A DNA stretch of 32,000 bases from Xylanibacter ruminicola 23 (GCF_000025925.1 NC_014033.1:1770001-1802000); one strand, 5' to 3'; counted from the first letter of the stretch, positions 1 to 8,433 are shown. Numbers and translations are program-made. Notes: generated by a model from the sequence alone, not told the origin.

Positions 1-62
1 TTTCAAAGATTCAGTAGTGGACAGTGTGCGCCAAGTAGCCATCAGAAAGGAGGGGGAACGGT

Positions 63-2429
63 ATGGTAAGTGAAAAGTTAAAAGTGAAAAGTGAAAAATT
101 TGCTACCGCAATCCTAGGCTTCATTTTGATGCTGACTGGCTGTAAGAGTGAGGATGACGTGATAGTGTATAAGGACTCGCGTCGATGGGTGGAGAAGACG
201 GTGGCTGTGGTGGCCCCATTGAACGATCCCATTATGAAGGCCCGACTGGAGCGTACGGCTGAGTGGATGCTCAGCAGTCTGCACAACGCCCAGTTGCACG
301 ACACGCTCTGCATCGACCTGAAACTGGAGTGGTACGATGAATACGGCACCGACCTGAAAGCGTTAGGCGAACGGTTGGCTAACCGTGATGACCTGATGGC
401 CGTCATCGGCCCCTTCGACAGCGACAACGTTGACATACTGGCTCCCTACTGCCAGCAGACCCACAAGCCGCTCATCCTGCCCACTGCCACCTGCGAAACC
501 GTGATACGCCGCTTTGCCATTACCAGCACGGGCGATGGGCAGCAGCCCTTCCTCTGGTCGCTCACTGAGACCGATGTGTCGCTCTCGGAGGTGATGTTGA
601 GTATGTATGCAGCCAACATCCAAAGGGGCAAAATGTATGCTAAGTTTTCTGATTATTCCGCACTATTCACGCCCGACGGTAAATTCGGTCAGACATTCTT
701 TGAATGGGGACCTTTCTCGGCTACCGAACTGGGCATAGGCTTCAAGTATAACGAGCAGTATTCCAGCCCGGACATGCTCATACAGAAAATGAAAGCGTAT
801 TACGATGATATCAGCGAAACGTTCGGCCTCTTGACTATACCTGCCTTTGTGGTTTTGGAGAAACCAGAGCCTCTTCCACAGATCAGGAGAATCCAAGCTC
901 AACGTTGGGGGGGGATGGATATTATCGAAGAAATAAAGGAGTGGGAAGCTGATGGCGAGGATATCTTCGAATACAGCAAATCTTCTCTGTATAAATTAAC
1001 AAACATGTTCTCACCCGTCTATTTTGTATTATCGAATCTTACTGATGAAGCGATAGCGGCATTCGATATATACGACAGGACCATTATAGAACTCTATGAG
1101 GGCTTCTCGCCCTATGCCGACCCGATGACAGGCTTTGAGATGAGCTACGAGGCGCGCTACAACACGAAGCCTACCTTTGCCGAGTGTAAATTCTACGATG
1201 CCCTGTTGCTCTCGGCCTTTGCCGCCAACTACATGGAGCACCATCAGGAGGTGGATAACCTCAACGACGCCATCATCGCCATCACCACCACCGACAACTT
1301 CCTGTCGGGCTATGCCTGGAGCGAAACGGGTATGGAACTATACCTTGCAGCCTTGGAGCAGGGACAACTCGTTGGCTTTAAGGGCGCTTCGGGTCCTGTG
1401 CAGTTCGACAAGGAGTGCTACACCGCAGCCCTCAACACCACCTATGTGAACTGGATGATTAGAGACGGGCATGTGTACCACTCGGGCTATTACAGCCGGT
1501 CGGGCAATGCCCAGACGGCGAAGACACTGGCCTCGTGGAACTGGTTGGTGGAGAATGCCGAGGAGATGTTCGACAATACCTACGGCAAGAACATGCCCCC
1601 CATCAACTACCCCACCCTTACCGATCAGTATGCTGTGCTGGTGCAGGGCAGTAACGGCTGGAGCAACTACCGCCATGAGGCCGACGTGCTGAACATCTAT
1701 CAGATGCTGAAGGCTGGCGGCTACGACGACGACCATATCATATTGGTGAGTGCCGACGATGTAGCTAATGCCTCGGAGAATACCGACCGCGGTGCCGTGC
1801 GTACCGATCCTAATGGGGGCAATCTGCGCGAGGGCGCTGTGATAGACTATAAGAATGCCGACCTGACACCGGCCGACATCGTGAATATTCTGAAGGGCAA
1901 CAAGACCGACCGTACGCCAGTGGTATTGCCCAAGGACGAGGGGCAGAACGTGTTCTTCTTCTGGAGCGGACACGGGCGCAGCAAGGCCACCAACGGTGTG
2001 AACGAGATGGCGTGGCGCGACGAGATGGCAGGCAACGGCATGACGGCCGACCTGCTGAGGCAGACACTGCAGCAGATGGCAACGCAGCAGCAGTTCCGCC
2101 AAATGCTGGTTTGCCTGGAGCCCTGCTACTCGGCCAATATGGGCAAGGCACTGGAAGGCATCCCGGGGGTGCTGGCCATCTGCTCGGCAGGGGCTTACGA
2201 ACAGTCGTTTGCCGACTCATGGAGCAACGAACTGGGTGTTTGGATGTGCGACCGATTCAGTCGCAACCTGGTGGGGCATGTATCGGAGAACCCCGACGGC
2301 ACCTACCGCGATCTCTACCTATACTGCGCCCAGCACACGCTTGGCTCGCATGTGGGTATCTACAACTACACCAACTTCGGCAACCTCTACACTACGAGCC
2401 CGAAGGATTTTTTTGTAAAACGTAAATAA
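63..2429 (+). CDS. Lipoprotein: N-terminal type-1 periplasmic-binding-protein-like domain fused to a C-terminal C13 (legumain-like) cysteine peptidase domain
   Basis: 788-aa ORF with lipobox LMLTGC after a K-rich n-region. From about residue 523: YAVLVQGSNGWSNYRHEADVLNIYQ...DDHIILVSADDVA, then FFFWSGHG (His codon 1971-1973) and CLEPCYSANMG (Cys codon 2124-2126), matching the legumain His and Cys strands. The N-terminal half has the VAVVAPL...AVIGPFDS...PLILPTAT pattern typical of Peripla_BP_6/ANF-receptor folds. Confidence 0.85.
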   Translation: MVSEKLKVKSEKFATAILGFILMLTGCKSEDDVIVYKDSRRWVEKTVAVVAPLNDPIMKARLERTAEWMLSSLHNAQLHDTLCIDLKLEWYDEYGTDLKALGERLANRDDLMAVIGPFDSDNVDILAPYCQQTHKPLILPTATCETVIRRFAITSTGDGQQPFLWSLTETDVSLSEVMLSMYAANIQRGKMYAKFSDYSALFTPDGKFGQTFFEWGPFSATELGIGFKYNEQYSSPDMLIQKMKAYYDDISETFGLLTIPAFVVLEKPEPLPQIRRIQAQRWGGMDIIEEIKEWEADGEDIFEYSKSSLYKLTNMFSPVYFVLSNLTDEAIAAFDIYDRTIIELYEGFSPYADPMTGFEMSYEARYNTKPTFAECKFYDALLLSAFAANYMEHHQEVDNLNDAIIAITTTDNFLSGYAWSETGMELYLAALEQGQLVGFKGASGPVQFDKECYTAALNTTYVNWMIRDGHVYHSGYYSRSGNAQTAKTLASWNWLVENAEEMFDNTYGKNMPPINYPTLTDQYAVLVQGSNGWSNYRHEADVLNIYQMLKAGGYDDDHIILVSADDVANASENTDRGAVRTDPNGGNLREGAVIDYKNADLTPADIVNILKGNKTDRTPVVLPKDEGQNVFFFWSGHGRSKATNGVNEMAWRDEMAGNGMTADLLRQTLQQMATQQQFRQMLVCLEPCYSANMGKALEGIPGVLAICSAGAYEQSFADSWSNELGVWMCDRFSRNLVGHVSENPDGTYRDLYLYCAQHTLGSHVGIYNYTNFGNLYTTSPKDFFVKRK
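71..98 (+). repeat. Heptamer micro-array TGAAAAG/TTAAAAG/TGAAAAG/TGAAAAA, translated as SEKLKVKSEK
   Basis: Four tandem 7-nt units read directly. The 29-nt string at 69-97 is identical to 26686-26714. Confidence 0.9.
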
Positions 2430-2438
2430 TGTAACGAT

Positions 2439-3068
2439 ATGAGAAAAAAATTATTATGGGTGCTGGTCATCCTTATTTGCGGATTGGCTACAGCAATTTT
2501 AACCGGCTGCTCGAGCGACGACGATAAGGCCGAGGCTAAGACAGAGGTAACGATGATGTACTACGTGAAGGTGACCGACGATGTGCTGAAAGTGGCCGAC
2601 GTAGAGGTGAACTACGTGGACCAGACGGGCGCCAAGAAGAAGGAAGCGCTGACATCGGCTGAGTGGAAGAAAACTTTTAGTGCCAACGCACTACCACTTA
2701 CCGAGGGCCTCTGGGCCAAGATTACTCCGAAAGCAGCCGTCGGCGCTGGTAATTATCAGCTGTACGTAACTACTGCTGCTGGCTATCAGGCCAAACTGCC
2801 AAGCGGCAAGACCATCGCCGACGCCTTTGGCAACGACCCCGAAGCAGCACCCACCGCTGCACAGACTGCCGCAGAGGTGGCTGTATGGTGCGCCAAGAGC
2901 GGCACAGTTGCTTTTACCGTCAGCCAAGAGGGCTATGCTAAACAGACGAAAGTGGATTTTGGAGGAAATGATGATTATGATGATGCTGATAATGGTCTGG
3001 CTACCTGGTTATGCGAGAAATTTATGAAATTTTGGGGTTACCCAATAAGTTATTGCGCAAGAAAATAA
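2439..3068 (+). CDS. Lipoprotein of unknown function (paralog A)
   Basis: 209-aa ORF with lipobox LTGCSSDD. Long blocks are near-identical to the 3644-4345 ORF. It starts 10 nt after the upstream stop, consistent with an operon. Confidence 0.7.
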   Translation: MRKKLLWVLVILICGLATAILTGCSSDDDKAEAKTEVTMMYYVKVTDDVLKVADVEVNYVDQTGAKKKEALTSAEWKKTFSANALPLTEGLWAKITPKAAVGAGNYQLYVTTAAGYQAKLPSGKTIADAFGNDPEAAPTAAQTAAEVAVWCAKSGTVAFTVSQEGYAKQTKVDFGGNDDYDDADNGLATWLCEKFMKFWGYPISYCARK

Positions 3069-3084
3069 CTATTAGGAATCATCC

Positions 3085-3639
3085 ATGAGAAAGTTTCTGC
3101 TCTGGTTTCTGGCTGCGCTGCTGATGACTGCCTGTGGCGGGTGTTCAGCGACTGGCGACAAGGTTGACGGTGACGAGGTGACTGATGCCGACAGCCTTGT
3201 GGTAGGCGACCAGTTGCCAGAGTTTAAGGTTACGATGAGCGATGGCTCGATGGTGCGCACGGCCGATCTGCTGGGTAAGCCCTCGGTAGTGGTGCTGTTC
3301 TCCATCGACTGTATGGACTGCCGCCACCAGCTGCCACAGATACAGCGGCTGTGGGATATGAATCAAAAAAACAGTGTGATTCAAGGCCAGCGCATACCCA
3401 TCGTGCTGATAGCACGTGAATGTACGGAAGAGGATATCGAGCCGTTCTGGAAGTTTTCCGAGTTCACCATGCCCTACTCGCCACAGCCCAACCGCCGTGT
3501 GTACTCGCTCTTCGCCCCTCGCGTAATCCCCCGCATCTATATCAGCGATGCACAGGGCATTATCCGCTACATGCATGTGGATATAGGCATGCCCACTGCC
3601 GAAACGATAGTTAATGAAATAAAGGAACTAAAACAATAG
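3085..3639 (+). CDS. TlpA/AhpC-like thioredoxin-fold lipoprotein (thiol-disulfide oxidoreductase-like)
   Basis: 184 aa with signal peptide and Cys (LLMTACGGC). GKPSVVVLFSIDCMDCRHQLPQIQ carries a CxxC (Cys codons 3310-3312 and 3319-3321) after a beta strand, as in TlpA/ResA-family proteins. Confidence 0.75.
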   Translation: MRKFLLWFLAALLMTACGGCSATGDKVDGDEVTDADSLVVGDQLPEFKVTMSDGSMVRTADLLGKPSVVVLFSIDCMDCRHQLPQIQRLWDMNQKNSVIQGQRIPIVLIARECTEEDIEPFWKFSEFTMPYSPQPNRRVYSLFAPRVIPRIYISDAQGIIRYMHVDIGMPTAETIVNEIKELKQ

Positions 3640-3643
3640 AACA

Positions 3644-4345
3644 ATGAGAAAAAAATTATTATGGGTGCTGGCCATCCTTATTTGCGGATTGGCTACAGCA
3701 ATTTTAACCGGCTGCTCGAGCGACGACGGCGGAGTAAAGCCTGAGCCCCAACCCGAGGCTAAGACCGAAGTAACAATGATGTACTATCTGAAGGTAAGCA
3801 ACGATGTGCTGCAGGTGGCCGACGTAGAGGTGAACTACGTGGACCAGACGGGCGCCAAGAAGAAGGAAGCGCTGACATCGGCCGAGTGGAAGAAAACTTT
3901 TAGTGCCAACGCACTACCACTTACCGAGGGCCTCTGGGCCAAGATAACGCCTAAAGCATCGATAACCGAAGGCTCTTATCAGCTTAACCTCACTACAGCT
4001 GCTGGCTACGAGGCCAAACTACCTACTGGTAAGACCATCGCCGACGCCTTTGGCAGCAGCGCCAGCACAACACCCAGCACCGCCAAAACGGCCGACAACG
4101 TAGCCACCTGGTGCGCCCAGAGTACCGCCATTGCCTTTACGGTAGGAGCCGAAGGCTATGCCAAAACCGCCACCGTGGATTTCGGAGGCAATAGCCACAC
4201 TGATACCTCATCGCTGTTTCCCGATTGCTTTACTCTCTCGAGTATATTTAATTTCAATTCATATAACTGCAACGAAGAAACAAACAACGAGAAAGCAGGT
4301 ACTTTGAACGATTACGACGTTAACGACAACCGCCTATGGTGGTAA
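3644..4345 (+). CDS. Lipoprotein of unknown function (paralog B)
   Basis: 233 aa. The first ~85 nt and a 131-nt internal block (3815-3945) each differ from paralog A (2592-2722) at a single position. The C-terminus is unrelated and N/S/T-rich. Confidence 0.7.
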   Translation: MRKKLLWVLAILICGLATAILTGCSSDDGGVKPEPQPEAKTEVTMMYYLKVSNDVLQVADVEVNYVDQTGAKKKEALTSAEWKKTFSANALPLTEGLWAKITPKASITEGSYQLNLTTAAGYEAKLPTGKTIADAFGSSASTTPSTAKTADNVATWCAQSTAIAFTVGAEGYAKTATVDFGGNSHTDTSSLFPDCFTLSSIFNFNSYNCNEETNNEKAGTLNDYDVNDNRLWW

Positions 4346-4363
4346 CATAAAAACCCAAACGAT

Positions 4364-5998
4364 ATGAAACATATAAGCATAACCGCACTCGCAATAGCAG
4401 CTATCATGATGGCTGGCTGCACTAACGGCTACGACGATATGATGCCGCAACAGCCCGGACAGCAGGCACAATCAGCCAACCGGGTAGTAACGCTTACCAC
4501 CACCGTTGGTTTCGACGGCAGTGCACAAACGCGCAGCCTGTACGACGACGGACTGAAGATATTTGCCATAGGCGACAAGATAGCCGTGGCTTACCAGAAC
4601 ACCAGCGGCGAGATGGTGAAACAGGAAGTAACCCTTGCGCTGGCCGACATTAAGAACAACGGCAAGTACGCCCGACTGACGATAACAGCCACCAACCCAC
4701 AGAGCGATGGCAAACTAAGGATAGTGTACCCTGCCAGCATGGCCAACGACGACGGCACGGTGGATATGAACCAGATATACAACGAGCAGGACGGCACACT
4801 GGCCACATTCGGCAATAAATACGACGTGGCCGCTTACGATGGTAAGCTGGATGGCGCGGCACTGCCCAAAAACGCACCACTAACCAACCAGCTAGCCGTT
4901 TGTAACTTTACCATCAAGGACGATGGTGATGCATTCATAACCAGTAGCATTACCAAACTTACCATCAAGAACGGAAAGGATGTGTATCACGTTACCACCT
5001 CGTACTTAAACAACATCTGGGTGGGTATAAAGCCCATCACCTCGGGTGATATCGAGATCTATGCAGCCAAGCGCAAAGAGCTGTACCGCAAAAAGGTTAC
5101 CAGCAACACCAGCCTTGCTGCCAACACCATCACCCCCATCAACATTAAAGTATCGCTGATTGAGGGTGCCACATCGGGCTTGTTCACCGCTAACGAAGAT
5201 GGCGACCTGATTTATTTCTCACGGGGTAACCTGACAACGATGTACACCAGCCACTGGAACAATTGGAGCTTTGCCGATAAGCAGTACGGCTATATAGGCG
5301 AAGCACCGGGCAACACCTGTATCGACGACCGCTATTATGGCTGCGTGGTCGACCTTTTTGGCTGGAGTACAAACGCCAACACCAACTATTTTGGCGTTAA
5401 CGTGAGCGATGAAGACGAAACTTACATGGGCGACTTTTACGATTGGGGAATAGCCGACATTCGTAATGGCGGCGGCAGGAACAAGTGGCGAACACCCAGC
5501 GCTACGGAGTTTACCCACCTGCTGTTTCAGCGCTCGGGCACAACTATCAACGGCGTAAGCAACGCCCGCTTTGTAAGGGCCTACATCGGCAATTACAAAA
5601 CAGGTGGTCTGATTCTATTCCCCGATCACTATGTGCATCCTGACGAGCTGAAGTTGCCCGGATCGCAATTTATCAACAACAGAGCACACAGCGAGGCAGA
5701 TGGCGCTGGAACATACGACTTGTATACGACTTTCGAATGGTTGCAAATGGAGGCCGCAGGTGCGGTGTTCCTGCCCGCTGCAGGATTGCGCGTGGGTACC
5801 GAAGTGGCCGTGAGATACTACGGGCAGCGACAAGGCTACCATACATCATCCATATACACTGGCGACTACGTTTGGACCATGGGCACCGACCTGCGACGCT
5901 TAGGTAGCAGCACCGAGTGCAGTTTCGAAACCGGTATATGGGAAAAGAACCGCCACGTAGGCTGCTCGGTACGCTTGATAGGCCCTGTTGAGCAGTAA
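4364..5998 (+). CDS. Lipoprotein with fimbrillin-like N-terminal region and C-terminal FISUMP (Fibrobacter succinogenes major paralogous) domain
   Basis: 544 aa with lipobox MMAGCTNG. The C-terminal part has LFGWST...WRTPSATEFTHLL...FLPAAGLRVG...GYHTSS, characteristic of the FISUMP/TIGR02145-type domain. Confidence 0.7.
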   Translation: MKHISITALAIAAIMMAGCTNGYDDMMPQQPGQQAQSANRVVTLTTTVGFDGSAQTRSLYDDGLKIFAIGDKIAVAYQNTSGEMVKQEVTLALADIKNNGKYARLTITATNPQSDGKLRIVYPASMANDDGTVDMNQIYNEQDGTLATFGNKYDVAAYDGKLDGAALPKNAPLTNQLAVCNFTIKDDGDAFITSSITKLTIKNGKDVYHVTTSYLNNIWVGIKPITSGDIEIYAAKRKELYRKKVTSNTSLAANTITPINIKVSLIEGATSGLFTANEDGDLIYFSRGNLTTMYTSHWNNWSFADKQYGYIGEAPGNTCIDDRYYGCVVDLFGWSTNANTNYFGVNVSDEDETYMGDFYDWGIADIRNGGGRNKWRTPSATEFTHLLFQRSGTTINGVSNARFVRAYIGNYKTGGLILFPDHYVHPDELKLPGSQFINNRAHSEADGAGTYDLYTTFEWLQMEAAGAVFLPAAGLRVGTEVAVRYYGQRQGYHTSSIYTGDYVWTMGTDLRRLGSSTECSFETGIWEKNRHVGCSVRLIGPVEQ

Positions 5999-6046
5999 GC
6001 ATTGTGCTTTTTCTTGCTCACGTTCAAAATCGTTTGATTATATCAA

Positions 6047-6089
6047 TTCGGGTATAATTTTAAGTAATTACAACAAAATTATACCCGAA
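6047..6089. terminator. Bidirectional hairpin between convergent genes
   Basis: Perfect 15-bp stem TTCGGGTATAATTTT (6047-6061) / AAAATTATACCCGAA (6075-6089) with a 13-nt loop. It lies between the stop at 5998 (+) and the stop at 6133 (-). Confidence 0.7.
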
Positions 6090-6132
6090 CAGATATAAAA
6101 ACCTTTCGCAGATCCGAGCGCTTCTGATTATG

Positions 6133-6537
6133 CTATAGTTGGTTTATAAACTCTATAATGGTTATTACTGCAAGCTTTGGCCAGGGGATGTTTTTCAGTA
6201 CATCAAAATGCTTATCGTTAGTAACGATATACTCTGCATTGGCAGCAATAGCACAATCAACGAACTTATTATCATCTGTATCTGATGTTATTAGGCCAAA
6301 ATGGTAAAAAGAATCTTGAAACAAAGTCGTACTTAATCTTGCAATAGCTTCTACAACATTGTGGGCAATCTCTCTTGTTGTTTTGCTAGATATTATCTCT
6401 TCATATTCGTTCAATATCTCAGTATTAACGCACAGTTGTATTTGCCCATCAAGTATATCTGCCCATATCTTATGATACGGGCTGCTAGAGGGGAGCGACT
6501 GCAGAAGGCAGTTGGTATCAAGAACGATTCGCCTCAT
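6133..6537 (-). CDS. PIN-domain toxin of a type II toxin-antitoxin pair
   Basis: 134 aa. N-terminal RIVLDTNCLL and later acidic residues (ITSDTDDNKFVDCA, VTND) fit the PIN fold. It overlaps the upstream small ORF by 20 nt. Confidence 0.8.
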   Translation of the reverse strand: MRRIVLDTNCLLQSLPSSSPYHKIWADILDGQIQLCVNTEILNEYEEIISSKTTREIAHNVVEAIARLSTTLFQDSFYHFGLITSDTDDNKFVDCAIAANAEYIVTNDKHFDVLKNIPWPKLAVITIIEFINQL

Positions 6538-6748
6538 ACTTGTAAGGAGTTCTCATATGTTCTTTGCCCCACTCTTCGATAGTGTCATTGTTAATGGCAC
6601 CATTATCCCATAAAGCATCAATCGCTTTTTGGGCTTTGCCGGCGAAGTATTTCGCTAACATGTTTCTGAACTCAATCAGTTCCGATTCGGATTTAATGCT
6701 ATTAATAGCATTCATGAGTTCCATTTGTGCTAATTCACTATACGACAT
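6518..6748 (-). CDS. Putative antitoxin partner of the PIN toxin
   Basis: 76-aa ORF immediately upstream of and overlapping the PIN gene. Both have visibly lower GC than the neighbouring genes. Confidence 0.55.
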   Translation of the reverse strand: MSYSELAQMELMNAINSIKSESELIEFRNMLAKYFAGKAQKAIDALWDNGAINNDTIEEWGKEHMRTPYKYEANRS

Positions 6749-6776
6749 AATATTTTCCTTTCTTGCTATTCGGTTG

Positions 6777-6784
6777 CAAAGATA
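6777..6784 (-). promoter_or_regulatory. Bacteroidetes -7 box (TATCTTTG)
   Basis: Matches TAnnTTTG on the minus strand, about 29 nt upstream of the ATG at 6748. Confidence 0.45.
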
Positions 6785-6993
6785 GAGTTTATTTTTGAAA
6801 GTTCCAAGTTTTTGGGGACTTTTTGTACATAAAACGGTGATCCCGATCTGACAGATATAAACCAGTGCCCTGAATCAGGGCAGTGGTTGGGGGATGCCGT
6901 CGCGATTCGCGACACTGCCCGGTTTTAGCAGGGAATCCGCGTGAACTGGCAGAAAACAGCTTATCCTACAGAGTAATCCCTTTCGCAGAGTTA

Positions 6994-7250
6994 TCGCTTA
7001 ACGAACAAAGAGAGCCGTGCCGCGGGGCATGGCTCTCTGATTGTTTCTACGCTTGGATGAAGGCTACTTTGTGGCGGTTCTTTGACGAGGGGGTGCTGGG
7101 GCGGACGGCAAAGTGCAGCCACACGGCACCGTAGCGATTCTTTTCTATCAGCAGCTCGTCGAACTCCTGCTGCGATTCCCGGGCGTAGGCCAGCAGGATG
7201 GCGGCATAGGTGATGGCTTGCTCCATGCCGCTGGTACGGATATCGGCCAC
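6994..7250. repeat. Direct repeat copy A (3' end of M15 peptidase gene plus its terminator)
   Basis: Near-identical by eye to 8524-8781, with one 1-nt indel and a few substitutions. Homology starts at TCGCTTAACGAAC and decays after GGTACGGAT.TCGGC. Confidence 0.9.
7047..7250 (-). pseudogene. 3' fragment of an M15 peptidase gene (last ~66 codons, no N-terminal catalytic part)
   Basis: The translation ADIRTSGMEQAITYAAILLAYARESQQEFDELLIEKNRYGAVWLHFAVRPSTPSSKNRHKVAFIQA is identical to the C-terminus of the 8578-9045 protein. Confidence 0.8.
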
Positions 7251-7340
7251 GCATATTCTTGCGAAGATGGTCTAACGAACCGTTACGCCAAGGCGGAATA
7301 ACTGCTGTCCTGACAGCGTTATCTATATTTTTAAGTTCAA

Positions 7341-7375
7341 GTGCTCTGCGCCGCCACGGCGCGGGCACTTTTTTT
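7341..7375 (+). terminator. GC-rich hairpin plus T7, oriented for the plus strand
   Basis: GTGCTCTGCGCCG-CCA-CGGCGCGGGCAC followed by TTTTTTT. It shares its flanks (AAGTTCAAGTGC...GGGCACTTTTTTT) with the minus-strand terminator at 15248-15282. Confidence 0.55.
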
Positions 7376-7376
7376 A

Positions 7377-8423
7377 TTAGAAGTATTCTCTTACGGCAAA
7401 TTCAAATTGCTCGATGAATATTTTCTTGAAAGCATAAAGGTTGTTCTGCTCGTAAAAAATAAGCATTGCCTTTTTGTAATCAATAGAGTCAACGGAACGA
7501 AAACTTAGTGGACAATAGCCATTGGCTATCAGAATGGCATTGCTGGTGATGCGGGCTGTGCGTTTGTTGCCATCCGCGAAAGCCTGAATATATGATAGAA
7601 GCACGAGGGTAAGGAGTGCTTTCTCAAACACATTTTCTTTACTATTGATCAAGTCACACGTGTCATGCAGAGCCTCACGAATCTGGAATTCATTATCAAG
7701 CGGATGATAATTGGTACCAGTGATTCCCACACGACGATGGCGGATACCTCTGTCGACAGATAATTCTTTGGTAAGTAACTGATGAATGTCTTCGATATGG
7801 CTGATTGTCAAATGTTGCAGATAATCAGGATTGTCGAGCACAAATCGTAAGGCATCTTTATGATTAAGCAGCATCACAGCTTCTTCTTTTGTCTTTCCGT
7901 CAGCAGTCTTACTCTCTCGCAGCAGGCGCTCTGTCTCAAGAAGCGAATAAGTATTTCCCTCTATTTGCGATGATTTCCAGCTGAGGTCGATACCCAAACG
8001 TTCCATCTCTTTGCGGTATTCGTTTTCTGTCATTTCACTAATGTGCTGCTTGAACTCTGCCTGCAGTTCATTCAGAAGCGCTATCTCATCGTCGGTAAAA
8101 AGCGTTACAACTGGGAGCTGTTGACGAATCAAATCAAAATTGAAAGAAGTCTGCACCTGTCGTTTATCCTGATCCTGCGAAAAATAGGTATCCAAATTTA
8201 GTGGCATCAGTAAGTGAGCTTGATCTGATAACCGATATCGAGTTGCGCGAGCCTTTCCTTCTACAACGATGCTGCCGTCTTTTACGCCCGACGCAATCAT
8301 ACGTTTCATGGTGGCATCACTACCTTCAAAGGCGATACCCTTTGCTATATCATCACGCGTAGATAGGGGATGATAGTGCAGATACTGTAATAATTCTCTT
8401 GCTATATCCATAACTAAGTTCAC
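7377..8423 (-). CDS. Fic/Doc-family protein with N-terminal winged-helix-like region; active-site His replaced by Gln
   Basis: 348 aa. It has the SSQIEGN inhibitory-helix motif ([ST]xxxE[GN]) and the core motif QAFADGNKRTAR, where the family consensus is HxFx[DE]GN[GK]RxxR. GC is visibly lower than in the flanking repeat. Confidence 0.8.
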   Translation of the reverse strand: MNLVMDIARELLQYLHYHPLSTRDDIAKGIAFEGSDATMKRMIASGVKDGSIVVEGKARATRYRLSDQAHLLMPLNLDTYFSQDQDKRQVQTSFNFDLIRQQLPVVTLFTDDEIALLNELQAEFKQHISEMTENEYRKEMERLGIDLSWKSSQIEGNTYSLLETERLLRESKTADGKTKEEAVMLLNHKDALRFVLDNPDYLQHLTISHIEDIHQLLTKELSVDRGIRHRRVGITGTNYHPLDNEFQIREALHDTCDLINSKENVFEKALLTLVLLSYIQAFADGNKRTARITSNAILIANGYCPLSFRSVDSIDYKKAMLIFYEQNNLYAFKKIFIEQFEFAVREYF

Positions 8424-8433
8424 GAAATCGGTG

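Noticed and set aside
44-62. Strong Shine-Dalgarno-like GAAAGGAGGGGG upstream of the first gene
   Set aside because: Bacteroidetes generally do not use SD pairing, and the upstream region is cut off by the window edge, so I cannot interpret it.
1338-2102. 254-aa minus-strand ORF, and other 60-140-aa ORFs overlapping the C13 peptidase gene
   Set aside because: They lie antisense or out of frame within a gene that has clear family motifs. They are R/P/A/H-rich with no recognisable motifs, as expected for spurious frames in GC-rich coding DNA.
6840-6990. GC-rich structured non-coding stretch with AGCAGGGAATCCGCGTGAA, reminiscent of a cobalamin riboswitch core, plus the hairpin CAGTGCCCT-GAATC-AGGGCAGTG
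   Set aside because: It lacks the GGTGAAAATCC-type and B12-box elements I would expect, and no plus-strand gene follows it. I cannot support an ncRNA call by eye, and an Rfam/Infernal scan would settle it.
6991-7368. 125/126-aa minus-strand ORFs (6991-7368 and 8528-8908) and plus-strand ORFs (7113-7301 and 8644-8910) in the duplicated region
   Set aside because: They are alternative frames of the M15 peptidase sequence. The frame with Peptidase_M15 motifs (8578-9045) explains the region. The others are R/P-rich overlaps.
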